A stretch of DNA of 64,000 nucleotides from Calditrichia bacterium (GTDB lineage: Bacteria > Calditrichota > Calditrichia > JAJRVZ01), in assembly GCA_963796965.1 (NCBI GenBank), contig CAWCNS010000005.1, positions 224,001-288,000 of the forward strand, written 5' to 3'. Positions within the stretch are counted from its first letter, which is position 1. Each line of letters starts with the position of its first letter. The notes under the pieces were generated by a model. The model was not told the DNA's origin. It did no database searches and saw nothing but the letters and a program-made list of their open reading frames with translations. The position numbers and the translations under genes are program-made. Positions 10,196-19,574 of the stretch are shown here, piece by piece.

Positions 10196-11357
10196 TTAGG
10201 ATTCTTCTTTTTCCGGTGCATTATCTCCCGTACTTTTTTCTTCATTTAGACTTTTAGCTACTTTTATTCCTGCCGTAACTGCTGCTCCCGCAGCAGCGCC
10301 TGCTACAGCAGCGCCACCAATCGTCCATCCTCCGGTTGTTTTTTCTTCAATTATATCAGGATAAGTCGCAGGAGGGGTTACGGTAAAGACGGTTGCCTGT
10401 TGATGGATCGGTTTTGTAAATCCCACACCCTTCTCCGTACAACCAAAGCAAGGGTGGCCTGTGCCCACGGGCCAGGCATTGGAGCCAACATCACCAAAAA
10501 GACTGAATCGGACAATTGGCATAGGTTTCAGGGCCCTTGCAACCAAGTTTGTATAAACACCATCCTTGTTTGTGGCCGGGACCACCGAATTCTTCCGCAA
10601 ATCGGCCAGCATCAAAATGTGGACGTCGTTCACAATTTTCGTGAACCAATCGGCCATAGGCAAACAGGGGACGGCCCATACCATCGAGTTCAGGTAGTTT
10701 TTTTAGGGTGAGATAGTATAGAACTGTTGATAAAAGATTGTAAGGACTTGCCGGACAACCCGGAAGGTTGATAACGGATTTGTCAGTGAGAATCTGGTGT
10801 ATACCTTTTGCCTCTGTTGGATTAGGAAAGGCTGATTGTACACCGCCCCAGGAGGCGCAGGATCCAATTGCAACAACAGCAGCTGCTTTTGGCCCGATAT
10901 CGGTCAAAATATCTAAAGCTGTACGTCCTCCAATTTTACAATAGATACCATCATCCTTGGTTGGGACAGATCCTTCACAAACAAGAATAAATTTACCCTC
11001 ATTTTCTTTGACCGAGTTATGCAACGCTTCTTCAACCTGATGACCAGCTGCAACACTTAACGTTTCTGAGTAATCCAGTGAGATGAGATCCAGAATCAGA
11101 CTTTCCACTGTAGGATGTGTAGCCCTCAGCAAAGATTCTGTACATCCCGTACATTCCTGAAAATGTAACCAGATAACCGGTGGTCGTTTAGCATTGCCAA
11201 CAGTTTGAGCAATGACATCTGCCATAGTTAGGGGTAAACCCATTGAGGCGGCCATTGCTGTACAGAACTTGAGGAAGTCTCTCCGGGAGACGCCCCTTTG
11301 CTCAAGGTCGGTCAAGCGTTGCCCGGTCATAACATCAATTGAACCCACTTTGGACAT
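10196..11357 (-). CDS. hybO: [NiFe]-hydrogenase small subunit (one +1 frame break near 10502)
   Basis: SRRDFLK Tat motif, ECTGCTES, GSCASWGG, NLPGCP, HENCERR, CLYKLGCKGP. After removing one T it continues CPIQLFGDVGSNAWPVGTGHPCFGC and a C-terminal TM anchor. Confidence 0.94.
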
Positions 11358-11359
11358 GC

Positions 11360-11950
11360 TTAATCCTCCTCTTCATTGGTTGTGATTTTGTTACGTATTT
11401 TATAGTAAAAGCGGCATCTTTGTCTATCACTTCCAAGGGAGCATTTATCACCGATGACGCCATTACATTGAAGACAAATTAAGTCGATGTTTTTTTCCTG
11501 TGCCATACAATTTTGCACATATTCACGTAGCAAGGATAGGAACCTGGATTTATCATCATCTGAGAAAGGAGAAAGTGCGTGATCCTGTTTCTGGAATCGC
11601 ACCGTCTCATACTTTTCAATGATTGATCGACCCTTTTCAGTCAGAGTTACCTCCATGGCTCGCCTGTCTTCAAGGGTGATTTTACGATTAACAAATTTTA
11701 ACTGTACCAGTTTTTCAATATTTTTGCTTGCCGCCGCGCGACTGATGAGAAGAATATCTGCTATTTCACTTACTGTGTAATGACCGGAGACTGAGAGGAT
11801 CTTAAGAATCGTAAACTGTGTTTTAGATAGTAAACCTTTTGTGTGTTCAGTCAGAAAATTCTGTTCTGATACTTCCGAGAGCAACTGTGAGAGGATGCGG
11901 CTATATTCAGCAATTTGCCTGGTGGATTGATTAGCCACAAATACCACCAA
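11360..11950 (-). CDS. MarR-family regulator with a C-terminal cysteine cluster; first gene of the hyb operon
   Basis: wHTH TVSEIADILLISRAAASKNIEKLV..EDRR..VTLTEKG; tail C-x10-CLQC-x7-C-x8-C; stop 2 nt before the hybO start. Confidence 0.88.
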   Translation of the reverse strand: MVVFVANQSTRQIAEYSRILSQLLSEVSEQNFLTEHTKGLLSKTQFTILKILSVSGHYTVSEIADILLISRAAASKNIEKLVQLKFVNRKITLEDRRAMEVTLTEKGRSIIEKYETVRFQKQDHALSPFSDDDKSRFLSLLREYVQNCMAQEKNIDLICLQCNGVIGDKCSLGSDRQRCRFYYKIRNKITTNEEED

Positions 11951-11951
11951 T

Positions 11952-12000
11952 GGTTAATGTGATTAAAAGTTAATTAAGTTAACTATTAATGCTGTTAACT
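11952..12000. promoter_or_regulatory. Three tandem TTAA-N5-TTAA palindromes (16-bp period); candidate MarR operator array
   Basis: GGTTAA-TGTGA-TTAAAA (11952), AGTTAA-TTAAG-TTAACT (11968), TATTAA-TGCTG-TTAACT (11984), immediately upstream of marR. Confidence 0.55.
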
Positions 12001-12071
12001 ATAAACAATTGTGAAAAAAAAAACAAGATTTTTTTTTATTTTCCTTAAAATATTTCTTTTTTTTTACATAT

Positions 12072-12098
12072 GTGTTACATTATTTTAAAACATAACAC
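12072..12098. promoter_or_regulatory. Candidate NikR operator
   Basis: GTGTTAC-N13-ATAACAC dyad with an AT-rich spacer directly in front of nikR. The wide-spaced geometry is typical of NikR sites. Confidence 0.65.
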
Positions 12099-12106
12099 GA
12101 ATGCCC

Positions 12107-12521
12107 ATGAAACTAGTTCGATTTGGCGTATCTTTGCCAGCAGATTTAAGCCAGCGTTTCGATCAGTTGGTTCAACAAAAAAATTATTCGAACCGCTCTG
12201 AGGCTATCCGGGACCTGATCAGACATTCTCTGGTAGAGCAGGAGGTTGAAGCCGATGCCCAGGTGGTTGGTGTCCTAAATCTGCTCTATGATCATCACAA
12301 ACGAGATCTCCAGGATAAACTCACCCTTTTTCAACATGATCATCACGATAAATTTATCTCTACAACCCATGTTCATCTGGATCATGATAATTGTTTGGAA
12401 GTGATTTTATTAAAAGGGAAGGCTGGTGCGGTGAAGTCTATAGCCGATCAGATGATCGCCATCAAAGGGAATTAAACATGGACAGGTTTATCTTACCTCA
12501 ACAGGAAAAGATCTCAGTTAA
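12107..12521 (+). CDS. nikR: Nickel-responsive regulator NikR (+1 frame break near 12470)
   Basis: RFGVSL..YSNRSEAIRDLIR ribbon-helix-helix; YDHH and THVHLDHDNCLEVI Ni site. Removing one A restores IKGIKHGQVYLTSTGKDLS*. Confidence 0.95.
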
Positions 12522-12860
12522 GATGATTCATAGTTTAGTATTTCTAATAAAATAATTGGTCCAAACATTTCTCCTTTCGATATTCATGCCGCAGCGATGC
12601 TGCAAACAATTTATTTTAGAATCACGAAGCTCATACAAAGATATCTCTTTCGCCGAATCACGCTGTGCCCCAAATGAAAATATTTAATAGTGAAAATAGA
12701 AAAATTTTAATTTCGGGATGTTGTACCACCTCAAAAATAATATGATTCGTAGAAAAGAAAACTATTAATTTATTCGACATTTAAGAAGACCACCTCTAAA
12801 GAAAAACAGTGAAAAAATTGGCATTTACTAACAGAGTCGCGAAATATTAAAGGGCTACCT

Positions 12861-13838
12861 ATGAAAGCAATTGTACATAAAAAATATGGATCTCCCGACG
12901 TTCTTGAATTAAAAGAGGTAGAAAAACCTACCCTTGCGGAGAATGAAGTATTAATAAAAGTATTCGCAGCAACGGTTAACCGTACAGATTGTGCAATGCT
13001 TAGAGCAAAACCATTTATTATGCGGTTTCTCACAGGCTTACTCAAACCAAATCAACCGGTTCTCGGTACCGATTTTGCAGGTCAGATTGAATCTGTTGGT
13101 AAAAATGTTTCTTCGTTAAAAGTTGGTGATAAAGTATTTGGATTTGATGATAACGGTTTAAGCTCTCATGCCCAATATATGACACTCTCCGAAGATAATG
13201 CGCTGGCAACAATGCCAAATAACATGAATTATGAGCAATCTGCTGCCAGTATCGAAGGTGCACATTATGCCTATAATTTTATCAATAAGGTGAATATTAA
13301 ACGTGGACAAACCGTTCTCGTAAATGGTGCAACTGGCGCAATTGGTTCAGCAGCGGTTCAGCTTCTAAAATATTTTGGAGCAAGTGTGACAGCGGTGTGT
13401 AACACGAAAAATATAGAATTAGTAAAATCGATCGGAGCAGATAAAACGATTGATCATGAAAGGGAGGACTTTACTAAATCTAATGAGAAGTATAATTATG
13501 TTTTCGACACAGTTGGCAAAAGTTCATTCAAAAAGTGTAAGCCATTGTTAGAATCTGGTGGCGTATATATTTCATCGGAACTAGGTCCAATGGTCCAAAA
13601 TCTCTTCTTCGCGCTTTTTACACCAATATTCGGCAATAAAAAAGTTGTTTTTCCCCTACCCAGAGACCGTAAGGGAAGTGTGCTCTTTATCAAAAAACTT
13701 AGTGAGGAAGGGATGTATAGGTCCATTATTGATCGAAAATATTCACTGGAGGCTATTGCCGATGCATTCAGATATGTTGAAACAGGACAAAAAACGGGAA
13801 ATGTTGTCATCACGATGGACCATAACAACATGAGCTGA
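12861..13838 (+). CDS. NAD(P)-dependent medium-chain dehydrogenase/reductase (quinone oxidoreductase-like)
   Basis: MKAIV..YGSPDVLEL, LGTDFAG, VLVNGATGAIGSAAVQL, GNVVI. Confidence 0.9.
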   Translation: MKAIVHKKYGSPDVLELKEVEKPTLAENEVLIKVFAATVNRTDCAMLRAKPFIMRFLTGLLKPNQPVLGTDFAGQIESVGKNVSSLKVGDKVFGFDDNGLSSHAQYMTLSEDNALATMPNNMNYEQSAASIEGAHYAYNFINKVNIKRGQTVLVNGATGAIGSAAVQLLKYFGASVTAVCNTKNIELVKSIGADKTIDHEREDFTKSNEKYNYVFDTVGKSSFKKCKPLLESGGVYISSELGPMVQNLFFALFTPIFGNKKVVFPLPRDRKGSVLFIKKLSEEGMYRSIIDRKYSLEAIADAFRYVETGQKTGNVVITMDHNNMS

Positions 13839-13923
13839 CAAACGACAACAATTCGCTGTGCTTCATAGCGGCAGATACACTTTATCGCCAAAAATTGTAT
13901 AGTATGGTCAAATTACTTTTAAT

Positions 13924-14098
13924 CTGTAAAATTCCTCGAGGCTCTGCCTCGGGTTTCCCCTTTCTCCCTCTCCTTTAGGAAAGGGTTGGGGAGAGGTAAA
14001 TAAACGAAATTCTGATTTACGACATTTGTGTTGAAATAAAACTGGCGAAATACCACGATAGGCATCGGGGATAGTCAGTTTTAAAGAATTTCTTTATT
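13924..14098. repeat. Cluster of short hairpins / degenerate REP- or IS-end-like element
   Basis: CGAGGCTCTGCCTCG hairpin; TTCTCCCTCTCCTTTAGGAAAGGGTTGGGGAGAGG hairpin; CGATAGGCATCG. No transposase is present. Confidence 0.4.
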
Positions 14099-14291
14099 GT
14101 ATAATTTGCAGAGTGTACTATAAAGCCGCATCCATCTGATCCTGAGGCTATTAATTTCCAAAAAGACAAATTCTTGATGACATTTTAAGTCGTTAACGGG
14201 GCAGAGAATTCGGAATATTACTTATTATCATTCCGTTAACTGATGTAAGATCCTTCGTGCAATAGTAAATTATTAAAATAAGGAGAAAAAA

Positions 14292-14609
14292 ATGTCTCAA
14301 TACATTATTACTTATCTAGGCGGCGATCAGCCCTCTAGCCCAGAGGAAGGCAAGCAACATATGTCGAAATATATGGATTGGCTATCTTCGTTGGGCGACT
14401 CAGCTGTTAGTCCTGCCAATCCGCTTAAGAATACGAGCACAGTAAACTCTGACGGTACAGTTACCATTGGAAGCACAACGACAATGTCTGGTTACACCAT
14501 AATTGAAGCGGATTCTATGGAAGCAGCATTATCGATTGCAAAAGGATGCCCATTTCTTGATATTGGCGGTTCACTTGAGGTGTCAGAGTTAATGCAGATG
14601 CCAGGCTAA
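14292..14609 (+). CDS. YciI/YCII-related protein
   Basis: Strong RBS AAGGAG; SGYTIIEADSMEAALSIAKGCPFL..GGSLEV. Confidence 0.85.
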   Translation: MSQYIITYLGGDQPSSPEEGKQHMSKYMDWLSSLGDSAVSPANPLKNTSTVNSDGTVTIGSTTTMSGYTIIEADSMEAALSIAKGCPFLDIGGSLEVSELMQMPG

Positions 14610-14745
14610 AATAAACACAACAATATTTTATCTTCTCTCAATTTTTTAAATAGATCAGGTTTTCCATTTATCCACAAAATTCCATCCTTGACAAAATCAA
14701 GGCCGATTTCTATATTGATTTGTAAATTTCCGGAGGAGAGGTGGC

Positions 14746-15159
14746 ATGAAAGAACCAAGTAAAATCCTGATGATAGATGATGATGACAATCTGGTAAATG
14801 TTGTACGTCTGGTGATGGAAGCGAAAAACTATAATTTTGAATTTGCGCTTTCTGCAAGAGAGGGTCTTGAAAAGATTAAAGCATTTAATCCGGATTTGAT
14901 CATTTTAGATGTCATTATGGAGGATTTTGTTGCCGGATTTCGAGTGGTTAGTGAGTTAAGGACGGGTGAGATTACCTCAGAATATAGTCAGTATGCTCAG
15001 ATTCCCATCATCATGTTGACCTCTGTAACCTCTAAAACAGATATCAATTTTAGTGAAAAAGTGGGCACGGCTCTGCTTCCGGTTGATGCGTTTATTGAAA
15101 AACCAGTCAAACCGGCGATATTGTTAGAGAAAATTGAAGAGTTACTTGGTAGAAAATAA
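14746..15159 (+). CDS. Single-domain response regulator (receiver only)
   Basis: ILMIDDD, PDLIILDVIM, IIMLTS, FIEKPV. Confidence 0.92.
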   Translation: MKEPSKILMIDDDDNLVNVVRLVMEAKNYNFEFALSAREGLEKIKAFNPDLIILDVIMEDFVAGFRVVSELRTGEITSEYSQYAQIPIIMLTSVTSKTDINFSEKVGTALLPVDAFIEKPVKPAILLEKIEELLGRK

Positions 15160-15208
15160 TAAAATCTAAATCACCTATCGCAATATTGCATGCCTATAAA
15201 CATTTTTG

Positions 15209-15383
15209 TCCACGAATTTCACGAATTAAAATTATACTTCTTTTATAGTATCACTCTGTTTATTAAACTCCTTCCGAGAATTTTTTTTTCGAGCTGATAT
15301 TATTAGATTCTGAAACAAGTTCAGAATGACTCAAGGAACAAATTATATATTAGAGGGAAATTATAATTCGTGAAATTCGTGGA
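15209..15383. repeat. Perfect 20-bp inverted repeat enclosing a second hairpin; lies between convergent genes
   Basis: TCCACGAATTTCACGAATTA (15209-15228) / TAATTCGTGAAATTCGTGGA (15364-15383); internal ATTCTGAA-ACAAG-TTCAGAATGAC. Confidence 0.85.
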
Positions 15384-15396
15384 GAGGTCTTTATTT

Positions 15397-17356
15397 TCAG
15401 GATGGCGATGATTCTTTTGGGATCGTAAAATAAAATTTCGCCCATTTTCCTTCTTCAGATTCAGCCCAGATACGCCCCCCATGTCGCTGTACGATCATTT
15501 TGGTCACAAATAATCCCAAGCCTGTTCCCGATTTTGTGTCATATTTTTCAGAACTAAATCGGGTAAATTTAGTAAATAATGCTTCTGTGTCTTCTTTAGA
15601 AAATCCAACACCATCGTTATAGATTGAAAACAGATACTCTGTTTCATGCTCTACACAATCCATTTTAATCGTCGAGCCATTCTCGCCATATTTTACCGCA
15701 TTTGATATCAGATTTTGAAAAACAGAAGATAGAAGGCTGGTATCGCCTGTAATGATCAGATCCTTAGGGATTTTACAGTCTATTCTCATTTTACTGTCAG
15801 CGATTATTTCTGATAATCGCTGTACCGCATGTTTACACATAGATTCGCAGGGTTTTAATTTCTCTAACTTTAATTTTAAAGCACCTTCTTCAATCCGACT
15901 TAAGTTCAGGAAATTAGCTATTGTTGCATTCAGGTAATGAGCACTTTTTGCAGATGATTTTAATAACTCATCCTGGGGTTTATTCACGGGGCCAAGCGTT
16001 CCATCGCGCAAAGATTCAACAGCAAAAACAATAGATGCAAGCGGTGATTTCAATTCATGGGTAACAAATCCAAGCATTTCCAGATAAGCACGGTTTTTAT
16101 CATCGGCTTTTTTATAAGCTTCTTCTAATTCACGTGTGGCATTCGCCAATTCTTTGCTCCGGAGACTCTAATGAAGCAGCCATCAGATTAAATGAATGGC
16201 CTAACTCCCTTATGTCACGGCTCCCCTCATCTTCTCTGACTCTGGTATTTAAATCACCACCAGATATTTTTCTGGTCGCTTCTTTGAGATGTTCAATGGG
16301 TTTCCGAATTTTTCCGGCAAAAATGATGGCGAATTGAGCAACTAATAACAAAGCAATGAATCCCATACCCAGAAATTTGAGGGTTAACTCGGCCTTATAA
16401 TCGAGGTATTTTTGTTCGAGTAATCCCACATAAAAAATACCAATAATCTTACCATCAGGATCAATGATCGGGTCGTAAGCGGATAAATACCAATCATTTA
16501 CAACAAACGCCCTATCTCCAAAACGTTCACCTTTCTCCAGAACCTTTTTATACACTTCTTCGGATACACGGGTACCGATAGCTCTGGTTGTATCTGCTTT
16601 AATCACATTTGTTGCAACACGGGTATCCCATAAAAATATTGTAACGGTTCCTAATGGTTTTCCCTCATAGTTTTCAATATCAAATACGGATCTGCGGATT
16701 CGGTCTACCAGGTCAAACCGACGGTTCAAAAGTATTCCTCCATATACGATTCCATATATCTCATTTCCAGGTCCAAAGACAGGGGTTGCCGCTTCAATAG
16801 TCATTCCCTGATCTTCGATCTGTTTTTCTGTTGGACGGGCGCGTTCTGTCTGTAGGAGTGGAATATAGGCTTTCTCAGCAAGATCGGGGTCCATTTTTAG
16901 CAATTCATTACGGGAGTGTAGTACGGTACCGCTGGAAAATTTTCCTACCAAGGCTTGCTGAACTATTGAATTATCAGAAAACGACCTTATACCTACTGGC
17001 GCGACTGATTTGGATATTATCTTGCCATGAGTATCCAATAAAAGTAAGAAATCAAGATTGAAGACTTTTTTTAAAGAATCCAATTCCGGAGATATAGAGT
17101 GAGATTTTATTTTATTACCCAATACTTTGTGGATGTCTTCTCGCTGAGCGACGATGCTGATTGATGACTGAAGAATTGCCTTTTCTTCATCGTATCCGGA
17201 CCAGGCGGAATTCAGATCCATTTGTACGCGAAGTTTTGCTTCAGTTACGACAGTATCGGAAATGAAACTTAGACCGGTGAAAATGGCAAATGCTCCCATA
17301 AAGGCAACAACAAAACCATAACCTAACAGAAGTGTTGTTCGTAAACCCAGACGCAT
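15397..17356 (-). CDS. Membrane sensor histidine kinase: Cache-type periplasmic domain, HAMP, HisKA, HATPase (+1 frame break near 16160)
   Basis: TM; TVTIFLWDTRVATNV..WYLSAYDPI..IGIFYVG; TM; HAMP. Removing one C gives ASLESRSKELANATREL, then HELKSPL, NLISNAVKYG and GTGLGL. Confidence 0.9.
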
Positions 17357-17383
17357 AGTAAATCCTTGTTTTGAATGGAATGA

Positions 17384-18994
17384 TTATTTGCGGTGGACAA
17401 GACATTTCCATATTGTCTCTTCAAGTAGATCTCTGGCACTCTGTGGTGTCAGAGATGGGGCAGATTCAGGCATCTCTTTTTCCTCCCTCTCATAGGAGAG
17501 AAATTGTTTGTATTGGAGATCTACCTCGTCAGTTGCAAATTTTAAGGGGAGGGTAATGAAATCGTAAATCTCTTTATGAAAACTTTCGACGGTATCAACG
17601 CGGGACGACTCCGTGCAGGCAATCCGGTCGAGGATGTCCAGAATAAAGTTAATTTTATCTCCTGAATATCCGGATTTGAAGCGATTTATACCTGAAACCT
17701 CAAAATAATTCTGAATTAGCAATTTGTTATCCGTATGAATGGAGGCGATCAGTAATTTATAAATTAATTTTATCTGCCAAAGTAGTTCAGATTGATCAAT
17801 CTTCCTTAAATTAAGGTCCTCTGTAAACCATTTTTCTGATAGAATTCGCTTCAATACCTGGTCTATAATTTCATCTTCCTTCTCAGAAAGAGCATTGTAA
17901 ATGCAGAAACTGGGTCGCAATGTTGTTTTTTTAAGAATGGCCAGATTACGGCTTTGCCAGGCAAAGGGTTCACTTTTAAACCTTTCAACAAGAAAAGGAA
18001 GCCGATTCTCAATTCGTAACCGAGTTGATGGGGTCCAGTCTAAAATTTCGCTGGTGCTTTTATTGTCGACGAGAAGTTTACGATCGATATAACGCCACAT
18101 CCAGGGACGCTCAAAAGGCTTACTAAATAAATTCATCAGATATATACCGAAACCTGTCATCCAGCGTGGCACGAAGATGGGTCTTCTTGATTTTCCCAAG
18201 AAACTCTGCGTCACCACCTCAAATATCGTTTTATGATCGGTTGCATTATTAGTTGAGGCCAAGAGTATTTTTCCTGCATTCACACGATCAATGCGGTGCA
18301 GTAATTTTCGGAAAAAACTAACAATATCTCTTATATGAACATAAGGAAGCGCTGAGACACCTTTCCCGGCTAAAAATCTTGAACGCCAGGAAGGACCAAG
18401 CCAGGTCTGAAATAAAGCATACAAAGGAGGGTATTCGCACCAATCACTAAATACAGCACCGAATCTGACGATGCATGATGGCATGGACGATAAACGATTA
18501 AGAACCAATGCCTCACCGTCTCTCTTGGTACGGGAATAAATATGTGGACCATCGGCAGGCGACTCCTCTGTAACAAAATCACCTTCAGGAGGATAACTGC
18601 ATGCAGCAACAGAACTACCGAATATAAACAATTTAAGGTTTAATGTCTCTGCAAGATCAAGGACATTATTTGTCCCGTCGATATTCGTTCTTTTATACTC
18701 TGCGTTTTCATCTCCGGTGAAATCATAATAGGCAGCCAGATGAATCAGATAGTCTGCCCCTCCTGCAGTTGTGATCTCCCGAAAGGCACGACTTATGCTC
18801 TCCTGGTCCCCTACATCTGCCCTGATCCAGGCAATGTTTGGATGGACTGGCGCTTTACATTCCTGGGGCGAACGCCGGGCGATGGCAAAGATGCGGTGGT
18901 CCATTGCAAGATCATCAAGTAAGTGGCGACCTATAAATCCGGATGCCCCGGTAATAATAATGGAAGGCAATCTCTGGGCAGCAGTTGTATCCAT
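17384..18994 (-). CDS. Extended SDR fused to a globin-like/RsbRD-N-like domain, copy 2 (intact); co-oriented with the kinase
   Basis: TGASGFIG, HLAAYYDF, YSRTK, and FSDWCEYPPLY shared with copy 1. About 180-aa helical C-terminal extension; 27 nt upstream of the kinase start. Confidence 0.88.
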   Translation of the reverse strand: MDTTAAQRLPSIIITGASGFIGRHLLDDLAMDHRIFAIARRSPQECKAPVHPNIAWIRADVGDQESISRAFREITTAGGADYLIHLAAYYDFTGDENAEYKRTNIDGTNNVLDLAETLNLKLFIFGSSVAACSYPPEGDFVTEESPADGPHIYSRTKRDGEALVLNRLSSMPSCIVRFGAVFSDWCEYPPLYALFQTWLGPSWRSRFLAGKGVSALPYVHIRDIVSFFRKLLHRIDRVNAGKILLASTNNATDHKTIFEVVTQSFLGKSRRPIFVPRWMTGFGIYLMNLFSKPFERPWMWRYIDRKLLVDNKSTSEILDWTPSTRLRIENRLPFLVERFKSEPFAWQSRNLAILKKTTLRPSFCIYNALSEKEDEIIDQVLKRILSEKWFTEDLNLRKIDQSELLWQIKLIYKLLIASIHTDNKLLIQNYFEVSGINRFKSGYSGDKINFILDILDRIACTESSRVDTVESFHKEIYDFITLPLKFATDEVDLQYKQFLSYEREEKEMPESAPSLTPQSARDLLEETIWKCLVHRK

Positions 18995-19165
18995 ATTCTG
19001 GTACTTTAATTCAAATTTTATAGATAGTTTGGCTATTTACTATAATATCATCAGGAGAAATATTGGTATCAAGATAGCATGTTATTTTCAAAACATTTGA
19101 ACAAATTTTCCATCACATATAAATTACAATTTACATGGCAAATTCCCAAAAGTTTTATTATTGGT

Positions 19166-19342
19166 CTGTCATGTCTTGACCAGGCGTTTAAAAAATGAAA
19201 ATCATTATTAATTTGGGAGTAGGCAGAATTCGTCATTCCGAACCCTGGCGGTAGGCCAGGGTTCAGGATGACCTTGACTCGCATCTTTTTCTCTCCGGAT
19301 TTGAAATCAAGAATCTGTAAACACCTGGTCAAGACAATACAG
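19166..19342. mobile_element. MITE-like element with 19-25 bp terminal inverted repeats and an internal REP-like hairpin
   Basis: TGTCTTGACCAGGCGTTTA (19172-19190) / TAAACACCTGGTCAAGACA (19318-19336), 18/19 match, extendable to CTGT ends. Internal GTCATTCCGAACCCTGGC-GGTAG-GCCAGGGTTCAGGATGAC (19232-19272). Confidence 0.65.
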
Positions 19343-19574
19343 TTAATTACGTGGAAATCTATCATATCTAAGAATATTGATAATTGGATTTAAGATGTGT
19401 TTTATTAAAACGTCTCCCTATTGCAGAACTTTCATCCCTGTATTTTCTAATGCAATTAAAATTCTTTACCAGATATTTCTGAATTAACATAACAAACACG
19501 CGGTTATATTAGTTTTGAAATCTAAATCTAAAGTATTAAATTCTTGTCCTGTTTTAGACCTTTACAGGATAGAG

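Noticed and set aside
10491..10684. Alternative-frame N-terminus of ORF 10196-10684 as a separate gene
   Set aside because: Only its C-terminal part is real; it is the frameshifted end of hybO.
13815..14290. Possible integron attC sites around the MDR and YciI genes (GACCATA..TATGGTC; GTTAACGG..CCGTTAAC)
   Set aside because: No proper RYYYAAC/GTTRRRY pairing with L boxes, and no integrase in the window.
19069..19365. 98-aa minus-strand ORF
   Set aside because: It runs across the MITE/REP hairpin, has no recognisable motifs and no clear RBS.
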